64,000 bases of DNA from Candidatus Dasytiphilus stammeri. GTDB taxonomy: Bacteria > Pseudomonadota > Gammaproteobacteria > Enterobacterales > Enterobacteriaceae. The notes beneath the pieces are model-generated. The model searched no databases and had not been told where the DNA came from. It saw nothing but the letters and a program-made list of their open reading frames with translations. A program made the translations under genes and the position numbers. The stretch lies in contig JBAPLR010000003.1 in the NCBI GenBank assembly GCA_037083745.1, forward strand, positions 5,689 through 69,688, read 5' to 3'. Shown here piece by piece: positions 1 through 10,183 of the stretch (position 1 is the stretch's first letter; each line of letters begins with the position of its first letter).

Positions 1-1
1 T

Positions 2-361
2 GGCTATGCTCAAGTAAATAAAAAATTGAAAAATATTTTTCAACATAGATGGAATACATATTTGCAAAATCGTCAGTGTCTTCAGGGTGTAGTACTTTTT
101 ATGGATCTACGTCATCCTCTCCGAGAATTAGATAAGCATAACTTCAGATTAGTTACTGACCATAATTTACCAATATTAATTTTACTTTCTAAATCCGATA
201 AGTGTTCTCGAGAATTACAGAAAAAAACGCTGCACATAGTGCGAAAATATTTTTTACAATTTAATAATTCTGTTCAGGTAGAAATATTTTCTTCACGGAA
301 GAGAGTGGGCATAGATAAACTGCAGCTCACACTGAATATCTGGTTAGGAAGAAAAGAATGA
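2..361 (+). CDS. engB: GTP-binding protein EngB/YihA, C-terminal part (5' end lies outside the window)
   Basis: Frame 2 is open from base 2. GYAQVNKK...LQGVVLFMDLRHPL...ILLSKSDK...VEIFSS aligns with the C-terminal two thirds of E. coli EngB (LQGLVVLMDIRHPL, LLTKADK). It is convergent with polA, as in E. coli. Confidence 0.85.
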   Translation, partial: GYAQVNKKLKNIFQHRWNTYLQNRQCLQGVVLFMDLRHPLRELDKHNFRLVTDHNLPILILLSKSDKCSRELQKKTLHIVRKYFLQFNNSVQVEIFSSRKRVGIDKLQLTLNIWLGRKE

Positions 362-374
362 AATAAATTGTAAT

Positions 375-2165
375 CTAATGAGATTGTAACCAATTATGTC
401 CTTTCCCTATATTAACAAGTAGAGGAACATTCAAGCGGATCCTGATGTGATTTTCCATAAGATCTCGTATCTCATGGGCGTACTCCTTCCATGCACCCTG
501 AGGAACTTCAAATAATAATTCATCATGAACTTGCATCAACATTCTAACAGAATTATTTTTATTTGTTATCCACTGATCTACTACTATCATAGCGCGCTTA
601 ATAATATCCGCCGACGTTCCTTGCATGGGAGCATTGATTGCAGTACGAAATGCAGCATTTCGTCGCACAATATTTTTAGAAAAAATACTCGGAATATAGA
701 TTGTTCTTCCAGTTATGGTATTAACATATCCAGTCTTTTGGACCTGAATTTTAATTTTTTTCATATATGTCAGAACATTAGGATAATGTTTAAAATATAA
801 ATTAATATAATTATGAGCATCTGTCAGGGAAATATTTAGCTGTTGTGACAATCCAAAAGCACTCATTCCATATATTACTCCAAAGTTAATTATTTTTCCT
901 CGACGGCGGTGTGCTGGGGTTACCTTTTTAAACGCAATGTTAAAAAGATTAGAAGCGGTGATAGAATGAAGATCTTCGTGATTAAGAAACGATTTTATTA
1001 ATTTTTTTTCTTGAGATAAGTGAGCGAGAATACGTAATTCTATTTGGGAATAGTCTGCGGTGATCAGATCGTATCCAGAGGATGCAATAAATGATTGCCG
1101 TATTTTTCGTCCTTCGGAAGTACGAATAGGTATATTTTGTAAATTTGGTTGACTTGAAGAAAGACGACCCGTGGTGGTGAGAGTTTGATGATAAGAAGTA
1201 TGTAATCTACCGCTGGTAAAATTTATCATGTGCAGTAATTTATCGGTATAGGAATGCTTGAGTTTAGTGACCTGGCGATATTCGAGAACTATTTTAGGTA
1301 AAGAATACTTTTCGGCTAGTTCGAGAAGCACTTTTGCATTTATATAAGGTATTCCACTCGGGAGATTATTCACACGTAAACTGTGATGTAGTACTTTCTG
1401 CACTTGGTGGGGAGAAGACAACTGAAACGATGTACCAGCTATTTTATAGGCTTTTTTTTCCAATTGATGCAATCGATGAGATAATTCAGATGAATAGGAA
1501 GAAAGAAAATGAGTGTCTATCAAAATTCCATGAGACTCCATTCGAAAAATAACTTTTAATAAAGGTCTTTCTATATGTTCATATATGTTTTTTATGACTG
1601 AGTTTCGGGCAATAAGAGGCCACATTTTCAAATGTAGTTGTAATATAATGTCTGACTCTACTGCTGAGCTACGGTGCTGTTCTATGGCACAATCTCTATT
1701 CTTGGTACCTCTGAACACTTTTTGTTCTTTTCCAGCATGATTCCCGTGTAACCAACGGTTAACTAGCGACTTTAAATTTCGTCTCCTGTTTTTAACACTT
1801 TCTAGCACATATGATTCTAACATAATATCAAAAATCATGCCTTTGATTTCAATTCCATAATATTTAAGTAGTTTATTACTTTCCTTGAAAGAAGAACATA
1901 TTTTGGAAATTTTTTCATTTTCTAAAATGAATTTTAAATGAGAAAAGACTTCTTCTCTAGTCGGTCTCTCGCGACTAGATATGGAAGGATAAGATAGAGG
2001 AAAATAAATTGATTCACCCGGCTTGATAGAAAAAGAAAAACCCATTAATTTCTCTCTCTTTCTAGAAAACTCATGAATATTAAATGCTACTAAAGATGCT
2101 TGTTCGAGTTTTATTTTCCATGAACAAAATGTTTTTTCATCAATAAGTATGACATTACTATCCAT
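375..2165 (-). CDS. polA: DNA polymerase I, Klenow-like part (degenerate 3'-5' exonuclease domain plus polymerase domain), encoded as a separate ORF
   Basis: 596 aa. Polymerase motifs are present: DYSQIELRILAH (A), RRRGKIINFGVIYGMSAFGL (B), QVHDELLFEV (C). The N-terminus VILIDEKTF..KLEQASLVAFNIHEFS aligns with E. coli VTILDEETL..KLEKAPVFAFDTETDS. Confidence 0.9.
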   Translation of the reverse strand: MDSNVILIDEKTFCSWKIKLEQASLVAFNIHEFSRKREKLMGFSFSIKPGESIYFPLSYPSISSRERPTREEVFSHLKFILENEKISKICSSFKESNKLLKYYGIEIKGMIFDIMLESYVLESVKNRRRNLKSLVNRWLHGNHAGKEQKVFRGTKNRDCAIEQHRSSAVESDIILQLHLKMWPLIARNSVIKNIYEHIERPLLKVIFRMESHGILIDTHFLSSYSSELSHRLHQLEKKAYKIAGTSFQLSSPHQVQKVLHHSLRVNNLPSGIPYINAKVLLELAEKYSLPKIVLEYRQVTKLKHSYTDKLLHMINFTSGRLHTSYHQTLTTTGRLSSSQPNLQNIPIRTSEGRKIRQSFIASSGYDLITADYSQIELRILAHLSQEKKLIKSFLNHEDLHSITASNLFNIAFKKVTPAHRRRGKIINFGVIYGMSAFGLSQQLNISLTDAHNYINLYFKHYPNVLTYMKKIKIQVQKTGYVNTITGRTIYIPSIFSKNIVRRNAAFRTAINAPMQGTSADIIKRAMIVVDQWITNKNNSVRMLMQVHDELLFEVPQGAWKEYAHEIRDLMENHIRIRLNVPLLVNIGKGHNWLQSH

Positions 2166-2281
2166 TAGGATTATATATTATCCCTATATTGTTAGGTAAA
2201 CTCTTTCCTAATACCTGTTTCATATACATCTTAGTGGTACACATTATCTTCGTCCATATATATAATTATTACAATTTTCAC

Positions 2282-3166
2282 TTATTCACTATAACAGTTA
2301 AATAAATTATAAAATTCATAATAGCTGAATAATGCTTGCAAGTGTTCATTATTGGGTTCGGTTACTGCCATATGTTCATAATTAGTTTCGATCTTCACAT
2401 CGGTGAAGATAGTGGCCAGTTTTCGAGAAAGAAAAGCAACTTCTTGATGTTTTTTTAAGCTATTTATAATTTTTTTTCCCTTACGAGAAGGGATAATAGT
2501 TTCAATTTTATCTAGATTATAAAAAATTTCGTTTAAGTTTCCTATATTTTGTAAAAGTTTTTGTGCTGTTTTAATTCCTATCCCTGGAACTCCGGGAATA
2601 TTATCCGAATAATCTCCCATTAAACCAATCAGATCAATAATAAAATCTGGTCTCACACCATATTTCAAGAATACTTCCTGTGGTCCCAGAATAAAATTCT
2701 GAGAAGTCATAATTTTTATATTGGTAGTCACTAGTTGCGCAAAATCTTTATCATTGGTACTGATATATATGATTTGTCCTTGTTTTTCCGCTTTTTTGGC
2801 TAATGTTCCAATTACGTCATCGGCTTCTACGCCTGCTTCTACCTGAATTGAAATTCCCATAGCTCTTATTAATTCATATAAAGGTTCTATTTGATCACAG
2901 AGTACTTGGGGCATCTGGGATCGATGTAATTTATATGCTTTAAACAACTCGTGTCTAAATGTTTTTCCTTTAGCATCAAATGCTACTAACATATAAGTAG
3001 GATTATATCGATGTAAAAATCTATGGATCATATTCATAAAACCATATATTGCACCGGTAGGGTCCCCGCGACTATTAGTTAAGGTAGGAAAAATATAGTA
3101 AGCTCGATATAAATAGGAAGTACCATCTATCAAAAATAGCGAATTTTTTCTGTTTAGATTCCACAT
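2282..3166 (-). CDS. polA: DNA polymerase I 5'-3' exonuclease (FEN-like) domain, encoded as a separate ORF
   Basis: 294 aa. LIDGTSYLYRAYY, FDAKGKTFRHELF, GVEADDVIGTLA, NDKDFAQL and GDYSDNIPGVPGIG match the Pol I N-terminal nuclease domain. The ORF stops in the linker 116 nt upstream of the Klenow-like ORF. Confidence 0.9.
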   Translation of the reverse strand: MWNLNRKNSLFLIDGTSYLYRAYYIFPTLTNSRGDPTGAIYGFMNMIHRFLHRYNPTYMLVAFDAKGKTFRHELFKAYKLHRSQMPQVLCDQIEPLYELIRAMGISIQVEAGVEADDVIGTLAKKAEKQGQIIYISTNDKDFAQLVTTNIKIMTSQNFILGPQEVFLKYGVRPDFIIDLIGLMGDYSDNIPGVPGIGIKTAQKLLQNIGNLNEIFYNLDKIETIIPSRKGKKIINSLKKHQEVAFLSRKLATIFTDVKIETNYEHMAVTEPNNEHLQALFSYYEFYNLFNCYSE

Positions 3167-3190
3167 CAGGATCTACTATTATCCATTAAA

Positions 3191-3781
3191 TTATGTGGTC
3201 TGGTGGGATAAAAATTTTATTATTTTTTCATATTGATGCCAATTAGGGATATTATTTGTAATTAGATATTGACCATTTACTACAATGGTAGGAACAGAAG
3301 TTATTTTGAGATTTTTGGCAGCTTCTTCTTGTTTCACTACCCAATACTGAACCAAAAAACTGTTCCATACTGCATCATAATCACGTTTTTTTATTCCTAT
3401 TTTAATGAAACACCTACGTACATCTTCTGAAGAGAAAATATTTTTGTTTTTAATCCCTTCAAATAACGGGTCAATTATTGCATCTTGAACTTCTAGCACC
3501 ATGGCTACACTCCATGCTTGAGTTAAGGTTTTGCCGATTGATCCTCCTAAAAAGGACCAGTGATATCTATTTTTTAATTTATCATGGATCATATATTCTA
3601 ATTGGTAACAATGAGGACATAAGAATGAAAAGAATTCTACCACCTTTGGTATTCCACTGAGAGGTGGGGCAAGAATGGTTAGATAAGGATCACCATTCCG
3701 CAATGAAAACGCAAAAGCGGAAGATATATTAATCGAAAAAAAATTGATACAAATAAGTAGTATACTTAAACATTTTTTCAT
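3191..3781 (-). CDS. dsbA: Periplasmic thiol:disulfide oxidoreductase DsbA
   Basis: It has a signal peptide and an FSFLCPHCYQLE active site. It lies upstream of polA, as in E. coli. Start set at ATG (MKKCLSILL) rather than the upstream TTG of the ORF track. Confidence 0.85.
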   Translation of the reverse strand: MKKCLSILLICINFFSINISSAFAFSLRNGDPYLTILAPPLSGIPKVVEFFSFLCPHCYQLEYMIHDKLKNRYHWSFLGGSIGKTLTQAWSVAMVLEVQDAIIDPLFEGIKNKNIFSSEDVRRCFIKIGIKKRDYDAVWNSFLVQYWVVKQEEAAKNLKITSVPTIVVNGQYLITNNIPNWHQYEKIIKFLSHQTT

Positions 3782-4184
3782 TTTATTAACCAAATAAATT
3801 ATTAATATCAGCTTTAGTCGACGTCTTCTTACTACAGAAGAGGATTAATCAATTAACTTCCTTAAGATAAAAATTTATTACTTTTTACAAAGTACCACAA
3901 ATTCCATGAGTGGCGGTTTTTGATATTTTATTCTAATGAATATTAAAAAATTTTAATCAATATATTTATTTTTATTTTCTTCCTCACACATATAATGTGT
4001 TTTTTTAGCTCCTATTATTCGGAGTTCTTGAATAGTTAGATAGAAGATTAGTTCAGTATTTAATATGTGATTAAAGTATTAATATTTAGTAATGATTCTA
4101 TCTGTACTGTTGTCTAGCTCTAATTTTTCTCCAACCTTATTCTGAGTAAAGATTACTACTCATTATCACCATTCATCATCAAAT

Positions 4185-5275
4185 TTTTCTAGTTGGTGCG
4201 CTCTTCTTAGTGGATCTAATAAGCATAACATCATATTACTAGCTCGTGCTCTTGTCCACAGAGGGGGATAATTACTTTCGACAGGAGGATAATCACAATT
4301 TTTTCTATGACGTTATAAAGAAGATGTACCATAATTTTGCGAACAAACATCGGAAAATAATGATCCCTAAGTTAACACCTGAAATATATTTACATTTGTT
4401 AAAAAAAACTATCTACCTCTGATGCAGGTAGAAGGCAGTACCATAACAACCGCACGACAGTTACAAGAAAAATAACTTTCCTACAATACTATTATAATAG
4501 ATAGTGATACTGCATTAGAATGTGTACAATAATTTATTGATCCTGCTTGTGTCATAGTAAAACATGCTAAACCATGCGGAGTATCTTTGGGTAGTAATAT
4601 TTACGAAGCATATAAAAATACTGAAAAACTGAGCCTCTCTCATCTTTTGGCGGAATTATTGCAGTAAAAAATCGTGAACTTGATGAATATCCTACCTATT
4701 TGATAATTAAGAACCAGTTTGTTGATATTATTATCGTACCAGCAGCCAATAAAGCATCCTTAAAATTATTATCGACAAACCGAATATCCGATTTCTCATA
4801 TGTGACAGAATGATACTTCGTCCTAGTAAGGAATTACAATTAAAAAGTATTTCCGGAGGAAATTTTAGTTCAATAAATAACAGAAGTATTACCCAAGAAT
4901 AAAATTTTCGAAGAGTTAGTTATCGTTTCCCTATTCCGATAGATAGAATGGGAGAATGCTATTTTTAGCTGTCAAGTATCCAAATTTGTTAAGTGTGTTT
5001 ATGCCTCTAATAAAATGACTATTGGGATATAATCCGGTAGTACACTTAGATTAGTAAAAATTATCCGGATGAAAGCACAAGAACAAAATCTTGAGGTCTG
5101 GAAAAAAATAGGTATATTTTTTTCCATTTTAGATAGTCTTGAAGAAGCACCCATGGGAATTCCTTGCGCCATTCAATCCGTAGTTTTTTTCCTCCGTCAT
5201 AAATAAATTATTGCATCTGCTAATGAACAGAAGATTGCTATGATATTTACGAGTTACCGTGATTTTTTTCACTAA
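4185..5275 (+). pseudogene. purH: purH (AICAR transformylase/IMP cyclohydrolase) pseudogene with multiple stops, frameshifts and an internal deletion
   Basis: Hand translation gives ALFLVD..LVLLSTEG (E. coli ALLSVSDK..VELLSTGG) and TTARQLQEK*LSYNTIIIDSDTALECV ([24 protein letters not shown]). It also gives [39 protein letters not shown] (GGIIAFNRELD..RQFVEVIIAPSA), QVSKFVKCVYASNKMTIGI* and IASANEQKIAMIFTSYRDFFH* ([20 protein letters not shown]). It lies next to hupA. Confidence 0.8.
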
Positions 5276-5394
5276 ATAGTCCTAATTTCTAGAAAAAATT
5301 GAAAATTAAGTTCTTATCTAAGAGGTAAGAAGGGGAGCCAAAAAATTAATAACTGTTAACTTATCCAGTATCCCCTCCCTATATAGCCTGTGAT

Positions 5395-5670
5395 TTATGA
5401 TTTTACCGCGGCTCTTAAAATTTTTCCCGAAATGAAGGTGGGTACATTAGTAGCAGCTATTTTTATTTCTTGTCCAGTCTGTGGATTACGTCCGGTTCGT
5501 TCACCCCGATAATTGACTTTAAAAGTACCAAAACCAACTATTTGGACTGTTTTTCCTGCTTTCAGTGATTCAGTAATAGCATCTAATATAGCTTCCAGAG
5601 CTATTTTGGACTGTATTTTAGTTAATTGTGATTTGGACGCAATTATTTCTATTAGTTCGTTTTTCTTCAT
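5395..5670 (-). CDS. hupA: Nucleoid protein HU, alpha-like
   Basis: [14 protein letters not shown]...[39 protein letters not shown] is near-identical in pattern to E. coli HupA. AAGGAG lies 6 nt before this ATG, and the ORF-track TTG start is an upstream extension. Confidence 0.9.
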   Translation of the reverse strand: MKKNELIEIIASKSQLTKIQSKIALEAILDAITESLKAGKTVQIVGFGTFKVNYRGERTGRNPQTGQEIKIAATNVPTFISGKILRAAVKS

Positions 5671-6083
5671 AATTTCTCCTTGATTTTTTTTCAATTTTAA
5701 ATTGATATTGATTTTTATTTCAGATCAATGTGGTAAATGATCTAAAATTATTTAACTTAAGGAAATCAATCCTCTTTTCTAAGAATTGGATCAGAATACG
5801 TAGTAAGTAGCTTATCTTATGTTATTCTGCTATCCAAGTATTTAAAGGACCATGAAAATCTAACCTCCATTAGTCAATAGTCGTTAACTAGATAATAGAT
5901 TACATCTATCTTCACTTTTAAGTAGATAACACCAATTAAAGTTATTTAATTTATTACTATCAAAAACGACTTCAAAAATCGCATAAAATAATAATTAGAA
6001 GAGACCTACATTTCGATAATAGATCATCTTATTTTAGTTGGGTGTGTGATCATTAGTAATTTTATGACAGGGTAATTTTTTTC

Positions 6084-6725
6084 CTAGTCTTTAAGTTTAA
6101 TAAGATCTATCTTCTGATCAATTTTCATTTTTCTCATGACTAAAGGAAAAATATATCTTGCTATGGGAATATTAGTACTTTTAATTAGGTTCAACTCTTT
6201 CATGCTAGTTAAGTTAGGATACTTAACCCAACCGTTACCGGCTATTCCCCACGATCCTGTCAACTGTGAAATACGATTTGTTATTTCCACCGTACTTAGT
6301 ACTGTTTCAGTTTCTTTTCCGTACCATGAAATATTATCACGACGATATTCGGCCCAGTAAAATAATCCAATCTTTGCTTCCAGAGCTACCAAGACTCTTT
6401 TCGTACCCATTATCCTCCAAGAAGTTTCCGCTAGAAGAGCTAAAGTAGAGACCCCTATCATAGATAAGTCAGCACCTATTCCAAGTCCCTGAGCTACTCC
6501 CATGCCAATTCGTAAACCATTAAAACTTCCCGGACCCTTACTATATGCTACCATATCAAGATTCTGTAGATATATCTGTCCTTCCATGAGAATTTGTTGA
6601 ATCAAAGGTAAAAGCCGCTGAGAATGATTTCTATAACAATATTCTAGTGTCCAGTTAATTTTTCCGTGATTGAATAAAGCTACAGAACATACTTCGGTTG
6701 AAGTATCTAAAGCTAGAATTCTCAT
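6084..6725 (-). CDS. tsaB: tRNA t6A37 synthesis protein TsaB (YeaZ)
   Basis: MRILALDTSTEVCSVAL...GPGSFNGLRIGMGVAQGL is the typical YeaZ/TsaB N-terminus. Confidence 0.85.
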   Translation of the reverse strand: MRILALDTSTEVCSVALFNHGKINWTLEYCYRNHSQRLLPLIQQILMEGQIYLQNLDMVAYSKGPGSFNGLRIGMGVAQGLGIGADLSMIGVSTLALLAETSWRIMGTKRVLVALEAKIGLFYWAEYRRDNISWYGKETETVLSTVEITNRISQLTGSWGIAGNGWVKYPNLTSMKELNLIKSTNIPIARYIFPLVMRKMKIDQKIDLIKLKD

Positions 6726-6810
6726 TTTAACAAATACACATTAGTCATAACCAATTAAGGAGGAAAATTGCATCAATGATAATTTCTCCGGCCCTAAAAT
6801 AGGGATTCTC

Positions 6811-7716
6811 TTATTTAAGATACTGCTTAGTACGTAATGCTAGAATCCGCTTTTCTAACGAGGGATGTGTTTGAAATAGTTCACTACGGGAAGTAGATGT
6901 TTTCGTATTCGTAGTATTACTCCCATGAATACAAAAAGCTTTGACCAGATTATTTTCCTTAGGTTCACAGCTACTTTTTAATCGTTCTAAGGCGGAAATC
7001 ATTTTCTCAGCGCCTACCATCTTTGCTGCACCTGCATCCGCATAAAATTCTCTTCTTCGAGAAAACCACATTGTTATTAAGCTGGCTAGTACTCCTAATA
7101 CACCTTGTAATATTCGAATTATCATAGAATATATCATATTATTTTCAGGATTAGTTTTATAGATCCTATGATTCCGGGAGGATAATCCCGATGTTATTTG
7201 TGATATAATACGGACCATCAAAATTACCATAGTATTTACTATTCCCTGAAGTAAAGTCATAGTTACCATGTCCCCATTAACAATGTGAGACATTTCATGT
7301 GCTAAAACAGCCTCTATTTGTTCCTTTTTCATGTTATTTAGCAATCCGGTAGAGACCGCTACTACAGAATTATTACGAGTAACACCAGTAGCAAAGGCAT
7401 TCATATCTTCCGCAGTATAAATCGCTACCTTTGGCATAACTATTCCTATATGTTTTGCTTGATTTCTGATAATTTTTATCAGCCACGATTCTAGTTCATC
7501 CTTGGGTTTATCAATATACTTTCCTCCCACGGAACTGACCGCTATCTGTTTAGATAGTAATAGGGAAATTACTGCACCACTAAACCCACCGACTCCTGCT
7601 AGAAGAATAATTGTACTAACTGTTTTAAGTTTCATTCCTATTAAACTAACTATCAATACTAGTCCTATCATAACACTGATGTTAGTTAGCAAAAATAGAG
7701 CCATTCTTGTCATCAT
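6811..7716 (-). CDS. htpX: Membrane zinc protease HtpX
   Basis: MMTRMALFLLTN, the HEMSHIVNGDM zinc motif, FSRRREFYADAG and a C-terminal THPSLEKRILALR align end to end with E. coli HtpX. Confidence 0.9.
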   Translation of the reverse strand: MMTRMALFLLTNISVMIGLVLIVSLIGMKLKTVSTIILLAGVGGFSGAVISLLLSKQIAVSSVGGKYIDKPKDELESWLIKIIRNQAKHIGIVMPKVAIYTAEDMNAFATGVTRNNSVVAVSTGLLNNMKKEQIEAVLAHEMSHIVNGDMVTMTLLQGIVNTMVILMVRIISQITSGLSSRNHRIYKTNPENNMIYSMIIRILQGVLGVLASLITMWFSRRREFYADAGAAKMVGAEKMISALERLKSSCEPKENNLVKAFCIHGSNTTNTKTSTSRSELFQTHPSLEKRILALRTKQYLK

Positions 7717-8107
7717 AAAATAATTTCTCCTTTTTACGACATGTTCGTTTTTTTTGTATCTAGGTACAACAGGGAATTATTTCATCATTCCCTCCCATCA
7801 ATATTATTATGATATTATTTAATGCGTTGGTATAATATAGTACTGATTTATTGCTAATGTCTAATTCTCTTTTACTTAATATTAGATAACACGGCTTAAT
7901 TATATGAAAACGTAACTAATGATTTAACAAAAAGTAGGAGAATAAGTACTATAAATTGCTCTACCAGTCGTAGGAGGAACTCTGTAGGAGTGTATAAATG
8001 AAACTGCATATTTACTTTAGCATTCGATAGTACTATTACAAGATCTAAATTTTAATTTTAAACATGTGATTAATTGCTTATCTTCCCGAGAAAAATAATT
8101 TTTATCT

Positions 8108-8677
8108 CTATTTAGAATTTAGACTAATCAAGATACTACTCTGATTTTTATACTGTGAATTAAAACGTCGATGATAGGGACGTACGGCTGGACCAGATAG
8201 AAGTTCAAAACTAATTGCCCCTACTAACATACCCGGTTTAATAGCTAACGGTAATTTTCCAGAATTATAAAATTCAAGAACAAGACAACCTTTCCATCCA
8301 GGATCTATCCGATGTGCGGTAATATGTATCATTAGACCTAAGCGTGCAAGAGTGGAACGTCCATCCAACCATCCAATTAAATCGTCGGGCATGGTAATTG
8401 ACTCGAGAGTTATTCCTAATACTAATTCACCAGGATGAATAAACAAATAATCTTGATTGGAAATTATGAATTCTTCGCTCATTATGCGATTAATAATCTC
8501 GACATTAGGATTGCTTAAATCAATATAGGGAACTGTAGATGCATGAAAGGTACGAAATTTATTTCCTAAACGAATGTCTACAGTAGCTCCATTAATTCTA
8601 TGGCGTTCAGGTCGTGGAAGAATAACTAATTGACCACTATCCAGCCAATTTTCAATATCTCTGTCACAGAGTTTCAT
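8108..8677 (-). CDS. dcd: dCTP deaminase
   Basis: [17 protein letters not shown]...[17 protein letters not shown]...DPGWKG matches Dcd throughout. Confidence 0.9.
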   Translation of the reverse strand: MKLCDRDIENWLDSGQLVILPRPERHRINGATVDIRLGNKFRTFHASTVPYIDLSNPNVEIINRIMSEEFIISNQDYLFIHPGELVLGITLESITMPDDLIGWLDGRSTLARLGLMIHITAHRIDPGWKGCLVLEFYNSGKLPLAIKPGMLVGAISFELLSGPAVRPYHRRFNSQYKNQSSILISLNSK

Positions 8678-8776
8678 TAATTGTGCTCCATTTTACATGG
8701 ATATATAAAATATTATAAGATATAATCATTTAAAAAATTATCTATACTTCACTGAAATTAATATTATACATAAGAT

Positions 8777-10162
8777 ATGTTAACTACTGAACTCCTATCT
8801 CCGGCCGGCACATTAAAAAATATGCGATATTCCTTTGCATATGGCGCAGATGCAGTATATGCGGGACCTCCTCGTTATAGTTTACGGGTCCGCAATAATG
8901 AATTTTATTCTGCTAATTTAGCTATAGGTATTAAAGAAGCCCATCACCAAAATAAAAAATTTTATGTGGTAGCTAATATTACTCCACATAATGCTAAGTT
9001 AAAAACTTTTATTAACGACTTAAATCCTATTATTGATATGGGTCCAGATGCGTTAATTATATCTGATCCCGGACTAATTATGTTAGTGCGAGAATTTTAC
9101 CCCACCATGCCAATACATTTATCCGTTCAAGCCAACGCTGTGAATTGGGCTTCTGTAAAATTTTGGCAAACTATGGGCATTAAAAGAGTAATTTTATCCC
9201 GAGAACTTTCTCTCGAAGAAATAGAAGAGATTCGACAGATAGTTCCGGAGATAGAATTAGAAGTTTTCGTACATGGATCTATGTGCATTGCATATTCAGG
9301 ACGTTGTTTATTATCAACGTACATTAATAGACGTGATTCTAACCAAGGAGCTTGTATTAATACTTGTCGATGGAAATATAATCTACTTCCAGCTAAAGAA
9401 GACGTCATGGGAAATGTAGAATTAAAGAATAAATGCCTAAATTCTAGCATCCAGATATCATCACAATTATTTTCCGTTCCTTTAGATCAAGAAGTGTTTC
9501 TACTTGATAGTTTTGATCATCAAACAACATCTCAGTCTCCTGAAAGGAGACAAAGCCAATATCTGCCTACTTTTGAAGATGTTCATGGAACTTATATTTT
9601 TAATTCCAAAGATCTGCGAGCTATTAGACATGTCCAACGTTTAATACAAATAGGTATTCATTCTTTAAAAATTGAAGGTAGAACTAAATCTTTTTATTAT
9701 TGTGCTAGAACGGCTCAAATTTATCGCTGGGCCATTAATGATGCTTTGCATAGAAAACCATTTAATTATCATCTCTTAGAGATGCTGGAAGGTCTTGCGA
9801 ATCGTGGTTATACTGAAGGTTTTTTTTCTCGTCATCAAACACAAAATTTTCAAAATATTAGTTCTGGATTTTCTCGATCTTTTAGACAAATTTTTGTAGG
9901 AGAATTTACTGGAGAGCGGAGAGAGGAATTAGCGCAAGTAGCTGTTAAAAATAAGTTTTCTTGCGGAGATAATTTAGATATTATTACGCCCTCTGGTAAT
10001 ATTAATGTTGTATTAGATCGAATGGAAAATAAGAATTTTAAGTTAGTTAGTGTGGCACCAGGAGAGGGACATTTAGTGTGGATTCCAGTTCCACTTAATC
10101 TCGGCTCAATAAAGTATGCGTTACTAGTACGTAATCAAGTAATTCCTTCGTCCATTCTTTGA
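8777..10162 (+). CDS. yegQ: U32-family peptidase-like protein YegQ (TrhP, tRNA U34 hydroxylation)
   Basis: ELLSPAGTLKNMRYSFAYGADAVYAGPPRYSLRVRNNEF...LKIEGRTKSFYYCARTAQIY aligns along the full length with E. coli YegQ. Confidence 0.85.
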   Translation: MLTTELLSPAGTLKNMRYSFAYGADAVYAGPPRYSLRVRNNEFYSANLAIGIKEAHHQNKKFYVVANITPHNAKLKTFINDLNPIIDMGPDALIISDPGLIMLVREFYPTMPIHLSVQANAVNWASVKFWQTMGIKRVILSRELSLEEIEEIRQIVPEIELEVFVHGSMCIAYSGRCLLSTYINRRDSNQGACINTCRWKYNLLPAKEDVMGNVELKNKCLNSSIQISSQLFSVPLDQEVFLLDSFDHQTTSQSPERRQSQYLPTFEDVHGTYIFNSKDLRAIRHVQRLIQIGIHSLKIEGRTKSFYYCARTAQIYRWAINDALHRKPFNYHLLEMLEGLANRGYTEGFFSRHQTQNFQNISSGFSRSFRQIFVGEFTGERREELAQVAVKNKFSCGDNLDIITPSGNINVVLDRMENKNFKLVSVAPGEGHLVWIPVPLNLGSIKYALLVRNQVIPSSIL

Positions 10163-10183
10163 AAGTGATCAATTAGATCTGAG

